Assembly (NCBI GenBank): GCA_002428525.1
Contig: DIWU01000014.1
Span: 16,637 to 80,636 of the forward strand
Direction of reading: 5' to 3'
Length of the DNA: 64,000 nucleotides
From: a bacterium UBP14_UBA6098
GTDB lineage: Bacteria; UBP14; UBA6098
This document shows positions 1 to 9,768 of the stretch, in pieces; positions within the stretch are counted from its first letter, which is position 1, and every line of letters begins with the position of its first letter. Under the pieces are notes generated by a model. That model was not told the DNA's origin. It did no database searches and worked only from the letters and a program-made list of their open reading frames with translations. The translations under genes and the position numbers were made by a program.

Positions 1-1
1 G

Positions 2-451
2 CTCGGCGTCGGTATTACTCGTATAGGCTGTTTCATGAACGGCTGTTGCTACGGCAGGCCCACCTCGGGCCCGCTTTCGGTTGTTTTCCCCGAAGGCCCG
101 GCCGGAAGCTATTGGCAGTATTTCCTCGAAACCCACCCGACGACTACGATGACCGGCCTCATTCCGACGCAACTTATCGCCTCGGCGGCGGGTTTTGCGC
201 TGTTCATCCTCGTTATTTGGCTCGAGAGATGGCGCTATTTCGACGGTTTCTCCTCGTGGCTTGTCCTTATGCTCTATTCGATTGACAGGTTCGTTATCGA
301 CCAGTTCAGGATTTACGAGGCAGAGCAGGTTTTGGGGCATATCGGCCCTATCATGATTACTGTCAACGAGATAATCTTAATTGTTCTGTTCTGTTTCAGC
401 TGGGGACTTTTCGCGATTGGCACCTCGAGGGAGAAAAAAAGGCGCAAATGA
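2..451 (+). CDS. lgt: prolipoprotein diacylglyceryl transferase, C-terminal part (5' end lies outside the window)
   Basis: Frame continues open from the window edge. Motifs RIGCFMNGCCYG and IPTQLIAS resemble the Lgt signature (G-R-x-G-N-F-x-N / HPTQLYE). The C-terminus is hydrophobic. Confidence 0.65.
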   Translation, partial: LGVGITRIGCFMNGCCYGRPTSGPLSVVFPEGPAGSYWQYFLETHPTTTMTGLIPTQLIASAAGFALFILVIWLERWRYFDGFSSWLVLMLYSIDRFVIDQFRIYEAEQVLGHIGPIMITVNEIILIVLFCFSWGLFAIGTSREKKRRK

Positions 452-1134
452 CGGCTTTAAACATGATTCAAACCCTTGGCACGAGCCTTCGCGATCTGAT
501 TCTTCCGCCGCACTGCGCGCTCTGCGGTCGTAGAACCGGCGGCGCTCCGGTTTGTGACGACTGCGCCCAAAGCCTCACCCTCGATATGAATCCGAGGTCC
601 ATCGACTCCGATACCTTCCCGTTCTTCATCCCCGCATTTAAATTCGAGGACAACACTCGGGAACTTATCCATTTGCTTAAATACGCCTCGCGTCCGGATA
701 TCGGCCACTTCTTCGGGGCATCGATCTCGGAAAAGCTCGACCGAGATTTGCTCGAGGGCGTGGATGCTTGGCTTCCGGTGCCTTTGCATCATGTCAAAGA
801 ACGCTCGCGCGGTTTTAACCAAAGCCGCATGGTCGCGGAGCGGTTGGCCTCGGATTTGGGGATCCCGATCGCGAAGGGGGCTGTTCGCAGGATCAGAAAC
901 ACAAACACTCAAACAAAACTCGACGCAAAAGAACGCAAAATTAATGTTTCCGGCGCATTCCGCGCTACCCGGGACCTTAAGGGGCAAAGTTTCGTCATCG
1001 TTGACGATGTCATAACCACCGGCGCTACGACCTCCGAACTCGCAAGGGCTGTCCTCGACGCCGGCGGTGAGGTTCGTTTCGCGCTGGCGATCTCCGCCCC
1101 CGCCCTCTCGGATTCAAAAGAACACGAAATCTAA
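448..1134 (+). CDS. ComF-family protein (phosphoribosyltransferase domain, N-terminal CxxC..CxxC zinc ribbon)
   Basis: N-terminal CALCGRR...CDDCAQ motif and C-terminal VIVDDVITTGATTSE PRTase motif. Overlaps the lgt stop by 4 nt. Confidence 0.8.
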   Translation: MTALNMIQTLGTSLRDLILPPHCALCGRRTGGAPVCDDCAQSLTLDMNPRSIDSDTFPFFIPAFKFEDNTRELIHLLKYASRPDIGHFFGASISEKLDRDLLEGVDAWLPVPLHHVKERSRGFNQSRMVAERLASDLGIPIAKGAVRRIRNTNTQTKLDAKERKINVSGAFRATRDLKGQSFVIVDDVITTGATTSELARAVLDAGGEVRFALAISAPALSDSKEHEI

Positions 1135-1150
1135 ATCGAAAGGCAGTATC

Positions 1151-1480
1151 ATGTTATCACCACTACAAATGACTCTTATGGCCGCCGCCCCGCAGGAGGG
1201 CGCTCAACCGGTCAATCCTATCTTGTCATTTCTTCCGTTCATATTGATCTTCGTCGTTTTCTACTTCCTGTTTATTCGCCCGCAATCGAAGAAACAGAAA
1301 GAGCATAACGAGATGCTCAACCAGCTTCAAAAGGGCGATCGGGTCATCACCACCGGCGGGCTGATCGGCTCTGTTGTCGGGATCACGGACGATATCGTCA
1401 CACTCCGTTTCGGCGAGAACTTCAAGGCCGAGGTCGGCAGAAGCTATATCACGGGCAAGATTGGAGAGCCCAATGCCTGA
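1151..1480 (+). CDS. yajC: preprotein translocase subunit YajC
   Basis: Small protein with one TM helix (FLPFILIFVVFYFLFIRPQ) and the conserved GDRVITTGGLIGSV motif. The ATG at 1151 is preferred over the upstream ORF-track start. Confidence 0.8.
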   Translation: MLSPLQMTLMAAAPQEGAQPVNPILSFLPFILIFVVFYFLFIRPQSKKQKEHNEMLNQLQKGDRVITTGGLIGSVVGITDDIVTLRFGENFKAEVGRSYITGKIGEPNA

Positions 1481-2009
1481 TGAGTTTCCGGCGGAACTTA
1501 AGTTCTGCTACTGGGGAAATCCGATACTGCGGAAAATGGCTATCGCGGTCGAGAACCCCGAGTCCGAAGAGACCAACGACTTCATTCAGCGAATGCGCGA
1601 GAAGCTCAAAGAACACGACGGCCTCGGCCTTGCGGCCAATCAGGTCGGATGCGATCGGCGGGTTTGCCTCGTCGCGTTTCCGAAGGAAGACGATTACTCC
1701 GAGATTAAAGCCCTGATAAACCCTGAGATAATCGAGTCGAGCGACGAAAAGGCTATCTATGAGGAGGGCTGTCTGTCCTTCCCCGCTCTATGGCTGAAAA
1801 TCGAACGACCTTACAAAGTCAAGGTTCGGGCCTTTATCCACGGCGAGGGTGAGGCCGAATTCGAGGCCGAGGGCACACTTGCCGAGGTGCTCTCCCACGA
1901 GATCGACCACCTAAACGGAGTGGTATTCATCGACCACCTTCCGCAGATTCGAAGGGTGCTTCTGAGCAAAGAACTTAAGCGCATCGCAATGGAACACAAC
2001 GATTTATGA
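1477..2009 (+). CDS. def: peptide deformylase
   Basis: GLGLAANQVG, EGCLSFP and HEIDHLNG metal-binding motifs. Sits in a def-fmt arrangement. Confidence 0.9.
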
Positions 2010-2929
2010 GAATCCTATTCTTCGGGACAACCGACTTTTCCCGCGCAATGCTGAAGGCCCTTATCGAGGGCGGCCACGAGATCGCGGGCGTTGTCACCCT
2101 CCCCGACCAACCGGACTCGAGGGGGCACCGCGCAATCCCGACACCGGTCAAACTCCTCGCAAAGGACTTCGACCTCAAGGTGTTCGAGGCGGAAAACCTC
2201 AAGGATCCTTCATTTGCGGAAAGTCTCGAGGCCCTGAAGGCGGATATCGGCGTCGTGGTTTCATTTAAAATCCTGCCGAGGGCGGTCTTCACCGCGCCGC
2301 GCCTCGGGACACTTAATGTCCACCCCTCGCTTCTGCCCAAGCTGAGAGGGCCGGCGCCCGTGCGGTGGGCGCTCATCGAGGGCCTCGCAGAAACCGGCGT
2401 GACGACATTCATCTTGGACGAAAAGGTCGATACCGGCGACATTATTCTCGCCGAACCGATCGAGATCCCCCTCGATTTCAACTACGCCGAGCTTTTCGAG
2501 AGGATTATTCCGGTTGCGGAAAGGGTTATGCTTCACTCGCTCGAACTCGTCCAAAACGGAACATACTGCGGGAAGAAACAGAACCCTTCCGAAGCGACTA
2601 AAGCGCCTAAGCTCACCCCCGAGTTTTGTCGCATCGATTGGAACAAGCCCGCGAGCGAGCTACACAACCTTGTCCGCGCACTCTCCCCTGAACCCGGAGC
2701 TTGGACTGAACTCGACGGGACGAGGTTTAAAGTCTTGAAAGCCCGTCAAACAGACGAATCCGGCTCCCCCGGCGAAATCCTCTCCTGCTCTCCACGAACC
2801 GGCCTGATCATCGCATGCGGAAGCGGTGCGCTTGAGATTCTGCAGATTCAAGCGCCGGGCAAGAAATCCCTCGAGTGCGGGGCGTTTCTCTGCGGATGTA
2901 AGTTATCGAAAGGGAAGGTTTGCATTTGA
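2006..2929 (+). CDS. fmt: methionyl-tRNA formyltransferase
   Basis: MRILFFGTTDFS N-terminus and the formyltransferase core (HPSLLPKLRGPAPV). Overlaps the def stop, giving def-fmt synteny. Confidence 0.9.
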   Translation: MRILFFGTTDFSRAMLKALIEGGHEIAGVVTLPDQPDSRGHRAIPTPVKLLAKDFDLKVFEAENLKDPSFAESLEALKADIGVVVSFKILPRAVFTAPRLGTLNVHPSLLPKLRGPAPVRWALIEGLAETGVTTFILDEKVDTGDIILAEPIEIPLDFNYAELFERIIPVAERVMLHSLELVQNGTYCGKKQNPSEATKAPKLTPEFCRIDWNKPASELHNLVRALSPEPGAWTELDGTRFKVLKARQTDESGSPGEILSCSPRTGLIIACGSGALEILQIQAPGKKSLECGAFLCGCKLSKGKVCI

Positions 2930-3702
2930 GAAAAATCGGCGGAAGAGGCCTGTTTATAGGCCTTTCGTGGATTGCATTTCTCATCGTCGTCGCTTCGGCT
3001 CTGCTCGCGATCTATCTCGTCGCGCCGCGGATTCTGTCGATCCATCCACTGCTCATGATCCCCCTCAGGGCCGGATTTGCGGTCTTCGTCCTCGCCGTCG
3101 GCGGCGGCCTCCTGCTAATCACTATCGCCGCCTTCACCGGCCTCGATGTCCTGTATCCGCACAACGGCGAATCCATCACGATGCGTGTTCTCTTCCCGAT
3201 CACACTCGGACTGGGAAAGGTATTCGGTTTTAAGAAGTTGCGGCTGATGGAGGCCTTCGTCGATGCCAATAATTCACTCCTTTGGGCGCAAAGGAAGCGA
3301 ATCTCGTCGGATAGGATATTATTGCTTCTGCCGCATTGTCTGCAATTCCACGAATGCCAATGGCGGATCACGCACGATATCGAGAATTGCCGGCGTTGCG
3401 GAAAATGTGTTATCGCCGATATCGCCAAGCTCGGCGACGAGTTCGGCGCGGCGATTCGCGTCGCAACCGGAGGAACACTCGCGCGAAAGGTAGTCAGCGA
3501 TTATAAACCGACTCTCATCATCGCGGTTGCATGCGGCAGAGACCTTTCCTCCGGAATCATCGACTCGCACCCTATCCCCGTTTTCGGAGTCCCGAACGAG
3601 AGGCCGAACGGCCCTTGCTTCGACACTGTCGTCGATGTCGATAGGATAGCCGAGTTATTAAAAGAATTTATGCCTCCCAAGGGGCAAAACAAGCCCGATT
3701 AA
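2920..3702 (+). CDS. DUF116-family membrane protein (Cys-rich: CLQFHECQW..CRRCGKC)
   Basis: N-terminal TM helices and the LLLPHCLQFHEC...CRRCGKC...AVACGRDL pattern typical of DUF116. Apparent TTG start overlaps the fmt stop, so the start is uncertain. Confidence 0.5.
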   Translation: MHLRKIGGRGLFIGLSWIAFLIVVASALLAIYLVAPRILSIHPLLMIPLRAGFAVFVLAVGGGLLLITIAAFTGLDVLYPHNGESITMRVLFPITLGLGKVFGFKKLRLMEAFVDANNSLLWAQRKRISSDRILLLLPHCLQFHECQWRITHDIENCRRCGKCVIADIAKLGDEFGAAIRVATGGTLARKVVSDYKPTLIIAVACGRDLSSGIIDSHPIPVFGVPNERPNGPCFDTVVDVDRIAELLKEFMPPKGQNKPD

Positions 3703-3737
3703 TCGGGCGCAAGGTTTCACAGAAAGTTTTTCAAAGA

Positions 3738-5303
3738 ATGAACACTCAAGTAATTGTCAACAAACAAGTTCACGAATCGCGAATCGCGATTCTCGAAGAT
3801 GGAAAGATGGTCGAGCTTTTAGTCGAAAGGCCCGATCAGCGCCGTATGGTCGGCGATATCTACAAGGGCAAGGTCGAGCGCGTCCTGCCCGGAATTCAAT
3901 CCGCATTCATCAACATCGGCATCGAAAAAAGGGCGTTTCTGCACATCTCCGATGTCGCGCGATACGACCCCTTCGCCGACACCGAGACGGAAGACGAGGA
4001 CGAAGGCCAGCAACGAGGCCGCTCCAGAAGGAGAAGTTCCTATAAAAACGACAATATCAAGGAATGGCTCAACCCCGGCGACGAGATTCTCGTCCAAATC
4101 ACGAAGGAGCCGATGGGCGCAAAAGGCCCTCGTTGCACTACAGAAATCAGCCTCGCAGGAAGGTTTCTCGTTCTCATGCCCGGCCAAAAGCATGTCGGCG
4201 TCTCCCGAAAGATCAAGTCCCAGCGCGACAGATTCCGAATTCGGAAGATTATTCGCGATATGCAACCCGAGGGCGCAGGCCTAATCGGCAGATCGGTCGC
4301 CGAGGGACAAGACAAAGAGACCCTCGAACGTGATCTCGAATACCTCGTCAAAGACTGGGAGAAGATCAAGCAGAAAACCGAGGCCTTCGAAGCCCCCGCG
4401 CTTATATATCGCGACACGGGCATGGCCGCCGCAATGGTGCGCGACCTCTTCTCGATGGACATGAGGGAATTCGTCGTCGATTCGAAAACCGAATACGACA
4501 AGATTAAAGCCTACGCGCACAAAGTCGTGCCGAACCTCGAGGAGAGAATCAAGCTTTATAGGGGCAAAAAGCCGATCTTCGACGCCTACGATGTCGAACC
4601 GCAGATCGAGAATATGCTCAAGCGCAAGATTTGGCTGAAAAAGGGCGCATATATCGTGATCGACAACACCGAGGCCCTGATCTCCATCGATGTCAACTCC
4701 GGCCGCAATGTCGGCAAGGGGCATTCCTACGAGGACAACCTGCTTCAGGTCAACCTCGCGGCGGTGGACGAAATCGCCCGCCAAATAAGGCTTCGCGACC
4801 TCGGCGGAATTATCGTCATCGACTTCATCGATATGGAATACGAGCGCAATCGGCAAATCCTCGTGGACACCTTCCGAAAGGCCATGGCCGAGGACAGAGC
4901 CAAGCATAAAATATTGGATGTCAACGACTTCGGTCTTATTATTCTGACCCGCCAAAGGGTTCAACAAAGCGTCATCGAGAGGATCTCCGATACCTGCCCG
5001 ACCTGCGGGGGCCTCGGCGTAGTCTTCTCGGCCGTGACGATAATCGCCCGAATCGAACGATGGCTTATGCGCGCGGCCTCCTCATCCACAAAGAGTTTCC
5101 TGATCGTCGCCCATCCGGTTGTTGCGGGAGAGCTTTTCGCCGAACGCGCCGAGCGGCTCAAGGAGCTCGAGACGGCGTATCATGTCCGCCTCGAATGCTT
5201 CGCCGATCCGGTGCTCGTGCCCGATGATTTCATCATCCTCGATGCCGACACCGGCGAGGAAATGACCGACGAATTCACCGCCGGATCGAGCGATATGGCA
5301 TGA
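3738..5303 (+). CDS. rng: ribonuclease G/E family endoribonuclease
   Basis: N-terminal S1 domain (GDIYKGKVERVLPGIQSAFINIG) and the RNase E/G catalytic core (DFIDM...IIVIDFIDM). At 521 aa it is G-sized. Confidence 0.85.
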   Translation: MNTQVIVNKQVHESRIAILEDGKMVELLVERPDQRRMVGDIYKGKVERVLPGIQSAFINIGIEKRAFLHISDVARYDPFADTETEDEDEGQQRGRSRRRSSYKNDNIKEWLNPGDEILVQITKEPMGAKGPRCTTEISLAGRFLVLMPGQKHVGVSRKIKSQRDRFRIRKIIRDMQPEGAGLIGRSVAEGQDKETLERDLEYLVKDWEKIKQKTEAFEAPALIYRDTGMAAAMVRDLFSMDMREFVVDSKTEYDKIKAYAHKVVPNLEERIKLYRGKKPIFDAYDVEPQIENMLKRKIWLKKGAYIVIDNTEALISIDVNSGRNVGKGHSYEDNLLQVNLAAVDEIARQIRLRDLGGIIVIDFIDMEYERNRQILVDTFRKAMAEDRAKHKILDVNDFGLIILTRQRVQQSVIERISDTCPTCGGLGVVFSAVTIIARIERWLMRAASSSTKSFLIVAHPVVAGELFAERAERLKELETAYHVRLECFADPVLVPDDFIILDADTGEEMTDEFTAGSSDMA

Positions 5304-5392
5304 TAATCGCTAAACATACTTGCGAATTTTATGTTTAAACTATGGCTGTATAACCGCAAACAAAATAACTGCGGCTTTCTCGGGAGTTTCAT

Positions 5393-6061
5393 ATGAGCGG
5401 CTCGATGCTGAGCAACCTATGGCAGATGATCGCGACGTCCGGCTTCTTCGGCAAGGCTATTCTGCTTGTGCTTTTAGCCTTATCGGGTTATTCTTGGGCG
5501 ATTATAATCAGCAAGATCCGTCGGTTTAAAAAGCTTTCCTCCGGTAGCTCGAAGATTTTGCACCTCATCGGAAACCACCGCGGTGTCGAGATACTCCGCC
5601 TCAGCCTTCCCATGCGCGATCATCCCATCTCGATGGTTATCGAGGGGATTCGCCAAGAAATGACCTCCTCCGGCGAACGAGGCGAGGAGACCACCCGCGC
5701 CGCCTTTTTCGAGGGCCTTAGCCAACGAGCCGAATGCGCGATCGAGGAAGCCCTCGAACGGGAAGAACGTAGCCTCGATTTCTTAGCGATGACCGCCAGC
5801 ATTTCGCCGTTCCTCGGGCTTTTAGGCACAGTCTGGGGGATCACTCAGAGCTTCTGGGAGATCGGCCAACATTCGAGCGCGAATATCGCTATCGTCGCCC
5901 CCGGTCTCGCAGAGGCCCTTATCACAACTATAGCCGGACTTGTAGTTGCGATTCCGGCCGCAATCGCGTTCAATCTCTTCACCTCGAAACTCAGGGTAAT
6001 AGCCAGCGATGTTTCCAGCTTCGGCAAAAGATTTGTCAACCAATTGAAACGTGAGATTTAA
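5393..6061 (+). CDS. tolQ: Tol-Pal system protein TolQ (MotA/TolQ/ExbB proton-channel family)
   Basis: Three TM segments and a conserved C-terminal IAIVAPGLAEALITTIAGLVVAIPA region. First gene of a tolQRAB-pal-cpoB block. Confidence 0.8.
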   Translation: MSGSMLSNLWQMIATSGFFGKAILLVLLALSGYSWAIIISKIRRFKKLSSGSSKILHLIGNHRGVEILRLSLPMRDHPISMVIEGIRQEMTSSGERGEETTRAAFFEGLSQRAECAIEEALEREERSLDFLAMTASISPFLGLLGTVWGITQSFWEIGQHSSANIAIVAPGLAEALITTIAGLVVAIPAAIAFNLFTSKLRVIASDVSSFGKRFVNQLKREI

Positions 6062-6073
6062 CGATAAAACGAC

Positions 6074-6484
6074 TTGAACAACTACAAGGACAGGTATAAA
6101 ACACAGATCCAGATGAACATCACATCGATGATGGATATCGTTTTTTTGCTGTTGATCATGTTTATAATCGCCGCTCCGCTGATGCGCGCAGAGGTTGATG
6201 TCAAGTTGCCGAAATCCTCCGCGGCCATTGTGAAGGATGAATCTGCTATTACCATCACTATTACAAAAGAATCTATTATTTATATCGGAAATACCGAGGT
6301 ATCTATCGAGGCGTTTCCGCAGGAGATCGGCAAGATGGCCGGAACCGGCCGCGTTTCAAGCGTCTCCCTCAAGGGCGACGAAGGCGTCGATTACGGCATT
6401 GTGATGCGCGTTATCGGGCATATCAAAGACGCGGGCATCGAGAACCTCGGGCTGGTCGCAAACCCCGAGAAGAAAAGGAAATAA
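6074..6484 (+). CDS. tolR: Tol-Pal system protein TolR (ExbD/TolR family)
   Basis: N-terminal ITSMMDIVFLLLIMFI matches the ExbD/TolR EINVTPLIDVMLVLL pattern. Immediately follows tolQ. Confidence 0.8.
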   Translation: MNNYKDRYKTQIQMNITSMMDIVFLLLIMFIIAAPLMRAEVDVKLPKSSAAIVKDESAITITITKESIIYIGNTEVSIEAFPQEIGKMAGTGRVSSVSLKGDEGVDYGIVMRVIGHIKDAGIENLGLVANPEKKRK

Positions 6485-6487
6485 GCC

Positions 6488-7099
6488 GTGCGCCGCGAGC
6501 TGATCATTAGCTACGCAAGCCACGCTTTGCTCATTGTCATTTTTATGTTCATAAGTGCGTTTTCGAAGTCGAAGGAACCGCCGCAAAAGGTCTATTCCGT
6601 GAGGATCTTAGCCGCGCCACAGCCCGAGGTCGTTCAGCGGGTCGATCAAGCTCCGGAGGAGGAGCCGGAGCCGAAGGATGTTATCCAAGCAGTGCCGGAG
6701 CCAAAGGCAAAGCCGAAACCGAAACCAAAAACGGAACCAAAGCCTAAACAAGCCGAAAAACCGACCGTAAAACCAAAAGAAACAAGCACCTCCGGCGAGG
6801 GACATATCACAGTTGACGGCACCTTCAACGATGATTTTTATCTAAATCTAATATACATGAAGGTTTACAGAAATTGGATACCGCCTTCGACCTCGGCAGA
6901 GCTTAAAGCCACGGTTTTCTTTCGTATTCTGCCGAACGGCAATGTCGAAGGCGCAAAGGTGGAGGTGAGGAGCGGCATGTCATCCTACGACCAGTTGGCT
7001 CTGCGGACTGTTTTAGCCTCCGCGCCTTTCCCTGAGTTGCCCGATCATTATTCGAGCGACCACCTTGGGATCCATTTCGAGTTCGTCCATAACCCATGA
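6488..7099 (+). CDS. tolA: TolA-position protein with TonB-type C-terminal domain (proline/lysine-rich linker)
   Basis: GTG start, an N-terminal TM helix, a PEPKPKPKTEPKPK linker and a TonB_C-like C-terminus. Lies between tolR and tolB. Confidence 0.7.
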   Translation: MRRELIISYASHALLIVIFMFISAFSKSKEPPQKVYSVRILAAPQPEVVQRVDQAPEEEPEPKDVIQAVPEPKAKPKPKPKTEPKPKQAEKPTVKPKETSTSGEGHITVDGTFNDDFYLNLIYMKVYRNWIPPSTSAELKATVFFRILPNGNVEGAKVEVRSGMSSYDQLALRTVLASAPFPELPDHYSSDHLGIHFEFVHNP

Positions 7100-8412
7100 T
7101 GATTAAAAGATTTAAGATAATTTTACTCTTTGTTTTCTGCGCCGTGTGTTTTGCGCAGGGCGACGCCTATCTCAAGATTACCGATGTCGGTAGCGGCGTA
7201 GTCCGGCTGGCGGTTCCCAATATGGTTCCCCGACTCGAAGGCCTCGGCTCGGCTTGGGACACAACAATTACAACGCTTTCAGCCGTTCTGCGCGAGGATC
7301 TTCGATTTTCCCCCTTCATCGATGTCATCGATTCGTCGCTTTACCCCCAGAATGGAATCTCAGACCCAAGTAAAATCGATCCGTTCAAATGGAGCTCGGT
7401 TAACGCCCACGCCATTGTTCTCGGGCAGTTCGACACCGACGGCAGAAAGGTCTCGATCAAGATCGGGCTATATTCGGTGAACTCCCGTGCAAAGATTTTT
7501 AAGCAGGATTACCAGGCGAGCACAGTCCAAGCGAGGCGGCTTGTTCATCGAATCGCCGACGATATTCACAAGGCCCTCACCGGCGAAGAGGGCGTCGCGC
7601 AGACGCAGATAGCCTTCGTTTCGACTCGAGCCGGCGAGAACAAGGATATCTATATCTGCGATTACGACGGCTTTTCACCGCGAAGAATCACCGATTCCCG
7701 CTCGACGGTGCTTTCGCCGGACTGGTCTCCCGGCGGCGATAGGCTGAGCTATACAAGTTACAAAAACGACAATCCCGACCTCTATGTCTTTGATATATAT
7801 AAAGATAGGGAAGTCGTTCTCGCGAGCCACAGCGGTCCGAATCTCACCGGCAGTTGGTCACCCGACGGCAGAAGCATTTGCTATTCTCGAATCGCGGATT
7901 CCAACTCCGAACTCTATCTGCTCGATGTCCGCACCGGCGATGAAACGAGGCTCACATACACGCCTCTTTCAATCGAGAACTCACCGAGTTTTTCCCCGAC
8001 CGGAAGGGAGATCGTCTTCACCTCCGACAGAAGCGGAACTCCGCAAATCTATATCATGGATGTCCTCGGAACGCATTGCAGGAGGGTCACTTACGAGGGC
8101 AACTACAACGACGGCGCCGACTGGTCGCCTCGAGGCGATAAGATTTGCTATACTTCGAGGACGGATCAGGGCTTCCAAATTGCAGTGATCAATGTTGCTT
8201 ATGGCGACCCTGTTTACATTACGAGCGTTGGAAATAATGAGAACCCATATTGGGCGCCGGATGGCTATCATATTGTTTTCACAAGCAATCGAACGGGCAA
8301 GTATCAGCTCTACACAATGAACTGGGACGGCTCGGATGTCCGCAGAATAACGAACTCAGGAGCAAACACAGCGCCGGCTTGGTCGCCTCGATACCGCTGG
8401 TCGTTCGATTAG
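7096..8412 (+). CDS. tolB: Tol-Pal system beta-propeller protein TolB
   Basis: Signal peptide, an N-terminal TolB domain and repeated WSPDG / SPDGR propeller blades. Confidence 0.9.
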   Translation: MMIKRFKIILLFVFCAVCFAQGDAYLKITDVGSGVVRLAVPNMVPRLEGLGSAWDTTITTLSAVLREDLRFSPFIDVIDSSLYPQNGISDPSKIDPFKWSSVNAHAIVLGQFDTDGRKVSIKIGLYSVNSRAKIFKQDYQASTVQARRLVHRIADDIHKALTGEEGVAQTQIAFVSTRAGENKDIYICDYDGFSPRRITDSRSTVLSPDWSPGGDRLSYTSYKNDNPDLYVFDIYKDREVVLASHSGPNLTGSWSPDGRSICYSRIADSNSELYLLDVRTGDETRLTYTPLSIENSPSFSPTGREIVFTSDRSGTPQIYIMDVLGTHCRRVTYEGNYNDGADWSPRGDKICYTSRTDQGFQIAVINVAYGDPVYITSVGNNENPYWAPDGYHIVFTSNRTGKYQLYTMNWDGSDVRRITNSGANTAPAWSPRYRWSFD

Positions 8413-8506
8413 ATGAAAATAGTTGAAATATTTCTTGATTTAAACTTAGTTAAGCCTATATTCTACATGAATATGGCAAAACAACTCTATAGATAGGAGA
8501 AGGATA

Positions 8507-8998
8507 ATGAGAAAAAACTCGGTCGTCTTGATTGTTGCATTCTTGGTGTTGGCAGTCTTCATTACCGGATGCCCCAAGAAGACACCGCCTCCTCCGCCGC
8601 CGGTTGTGGCCCCTACTCAGCCGGTTATCGAGGAACCGGTCGTCGAGCCGAAGATCGAACCGAAAATCGAGCTTCGCACGGTCTATTTCGATTACGACAA
8701 ATACAATATTCGCGCCGATCAGAGCGCACGGCTGACCGACAACGCCGAGCAACTGATGAAGTTCTCGAATGTTAATATCATCGTCGAGGGCCACTGCGAC
8801 GAGCGCGGAACGGAAGAATATAACATGGCGCTCGGCGAGAAGAGAGCGCGCGCTGTTCTCAACTTCCTATCCGAGTACGGCATCGCGGCCACGAGGATCT
8901 CGACTCGCTCCTTCGGTGAAGAGCGCCCCGTCTGTAAAGAAACCGACGACAATTGTTATCAGCTCAATCGTCGTTGCGAATTCATCGAAGTGAAGTAA
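8507..8998 (+). CDS. pal: peptidoglycan-associated lipoprotein Pal (OmpA-family)
   Basis: Lipobox FITGC, a Pro-rich spacer, and an OmpA_C domain (YFDYDKYNIR...NVNIIVEGHCDERGTEEYNMALGEKRA). Confidence 0.85.
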   Translation: MRKNSVVLIVAFLVLAVFITGCPKKTPPPPPPVVAPTQPVIEEPVVEPKIEPKIELRTVYFDYDKYNIRADQSARLTDNAEQLMKFSNVNIIVEGHCDERGTEEYNMALGEKRARAVLNFLSEYGIAATRISTRSFGEERPVCKETDDNCYQLNRRCEFIEVK

Positions 8999-9759
8999 TG
9001 AAGGCCTTCGTTCGAATAGTCTTGGGAGCGGCAATTCTGTCGCTCCCACTCTTCTTTTTGACGAGTGGATGCGCTTCGAGGGCTGAAATAAAACGCTTTC
9101 AGGCCCAACTCGACTCGATGGAGACAGCGGATAGAGAACAAAACCGGAGCCTCGAAAGGCTCGACTCGCTTTTACTCGAAAATATCCGCCTTCTCCGCGC
9201 TATCCGCGCCGAAAATACCACGAATATGTCCGCGCTTCAAGAAGAGATGAGCATCATCGAGTCGATTCTGCGCGATTCCGGCTTCAAAGTCAACTCCCTT
9301 CGCGACCGTATCGAATCGCTTAAGGACGATATCGATAAAAAGGCCTCGACCGATACCGACTCCAGCGGAGCCGAAGTCGCCCCGAAGGCCGAGGAACTCA
9401 TTTCCACAGCGCTTTTAGACCTAAATCAAGGTAAATACGAGCTTGCAATTATGGGCTTCGAGTCCTATCTCGAGCAGTTCGAGAACGGCTCCCTTTCAGA
9501 CGACGCAAGGTATTACATCGGCGAAGCCCGCTTCGCACAATCAAATTACACCGAAGCCGCATTGAACTATCTCACACTCACTCGAAAATGGCCTCAGAGC
9601 GAGCTTGTCCCCTCCGCGCTTTACAAGGCCGGCCAATCCTATGAAAAGCTCGAGCAGGAGGACCTCGCGGCTACCTACTACCGCAGGCTGATAGAGGGCT
9701 TCAAATCCTCACAAGAGGCCGAACTCGCGAAGAAACGCCTCGAAGAGCTTAGCAAATAG
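8998..9759 (+). CDS. cpoB: Tol-Pal system protein CpoB/YbgF (coiled coil + TPR)
   Basis: Signal peptide or lipobox (LTSGC), an N-terminal coiled coil and C-terminal TPR-like repeats. Lies directly after pal. Confidence 0.7.
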   Translation: MKAFVRIVLGAAILSLPLFFLTSGCASRAEIKRFQAQLDSMETADREQNRSLERLDSLLLENIRLLRAIRAENTTNMSALQEEMSIIESILRDSGFKVNSLRDRIESLKDDIDKKASTDTDSSGAEVAPKAEELISTALLDLNQGKYELAIMGFESYLEQFENGSLSDDARYYIGEARFAQSNYTEAALNYLTLTRKWPQSELVPSALYKAGQSYEKLEQEDLAATYYRRLIEGFKSSQEAELAKKRLEELSK

Positions 9760-9768
9760 CCTTCCCAA

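Noticed and set aside
4281-4967. 228-aa minus-strand ORF inside rng
   Set aside because: It is antisense to a well-supported RNase G/E gene.
6608-6828. Tandem CCGAAACC/AAGCC repeats and the antisense ORFs 6608..6805 and 6646..6828
   Set aside because: The repetitiveness is the coding sequence of the Pro/Lys-rich (KPKPKPK) linker of the TolA/TonB-like protein, not a non-coding repeat. The antisense ORFs are artefacts.
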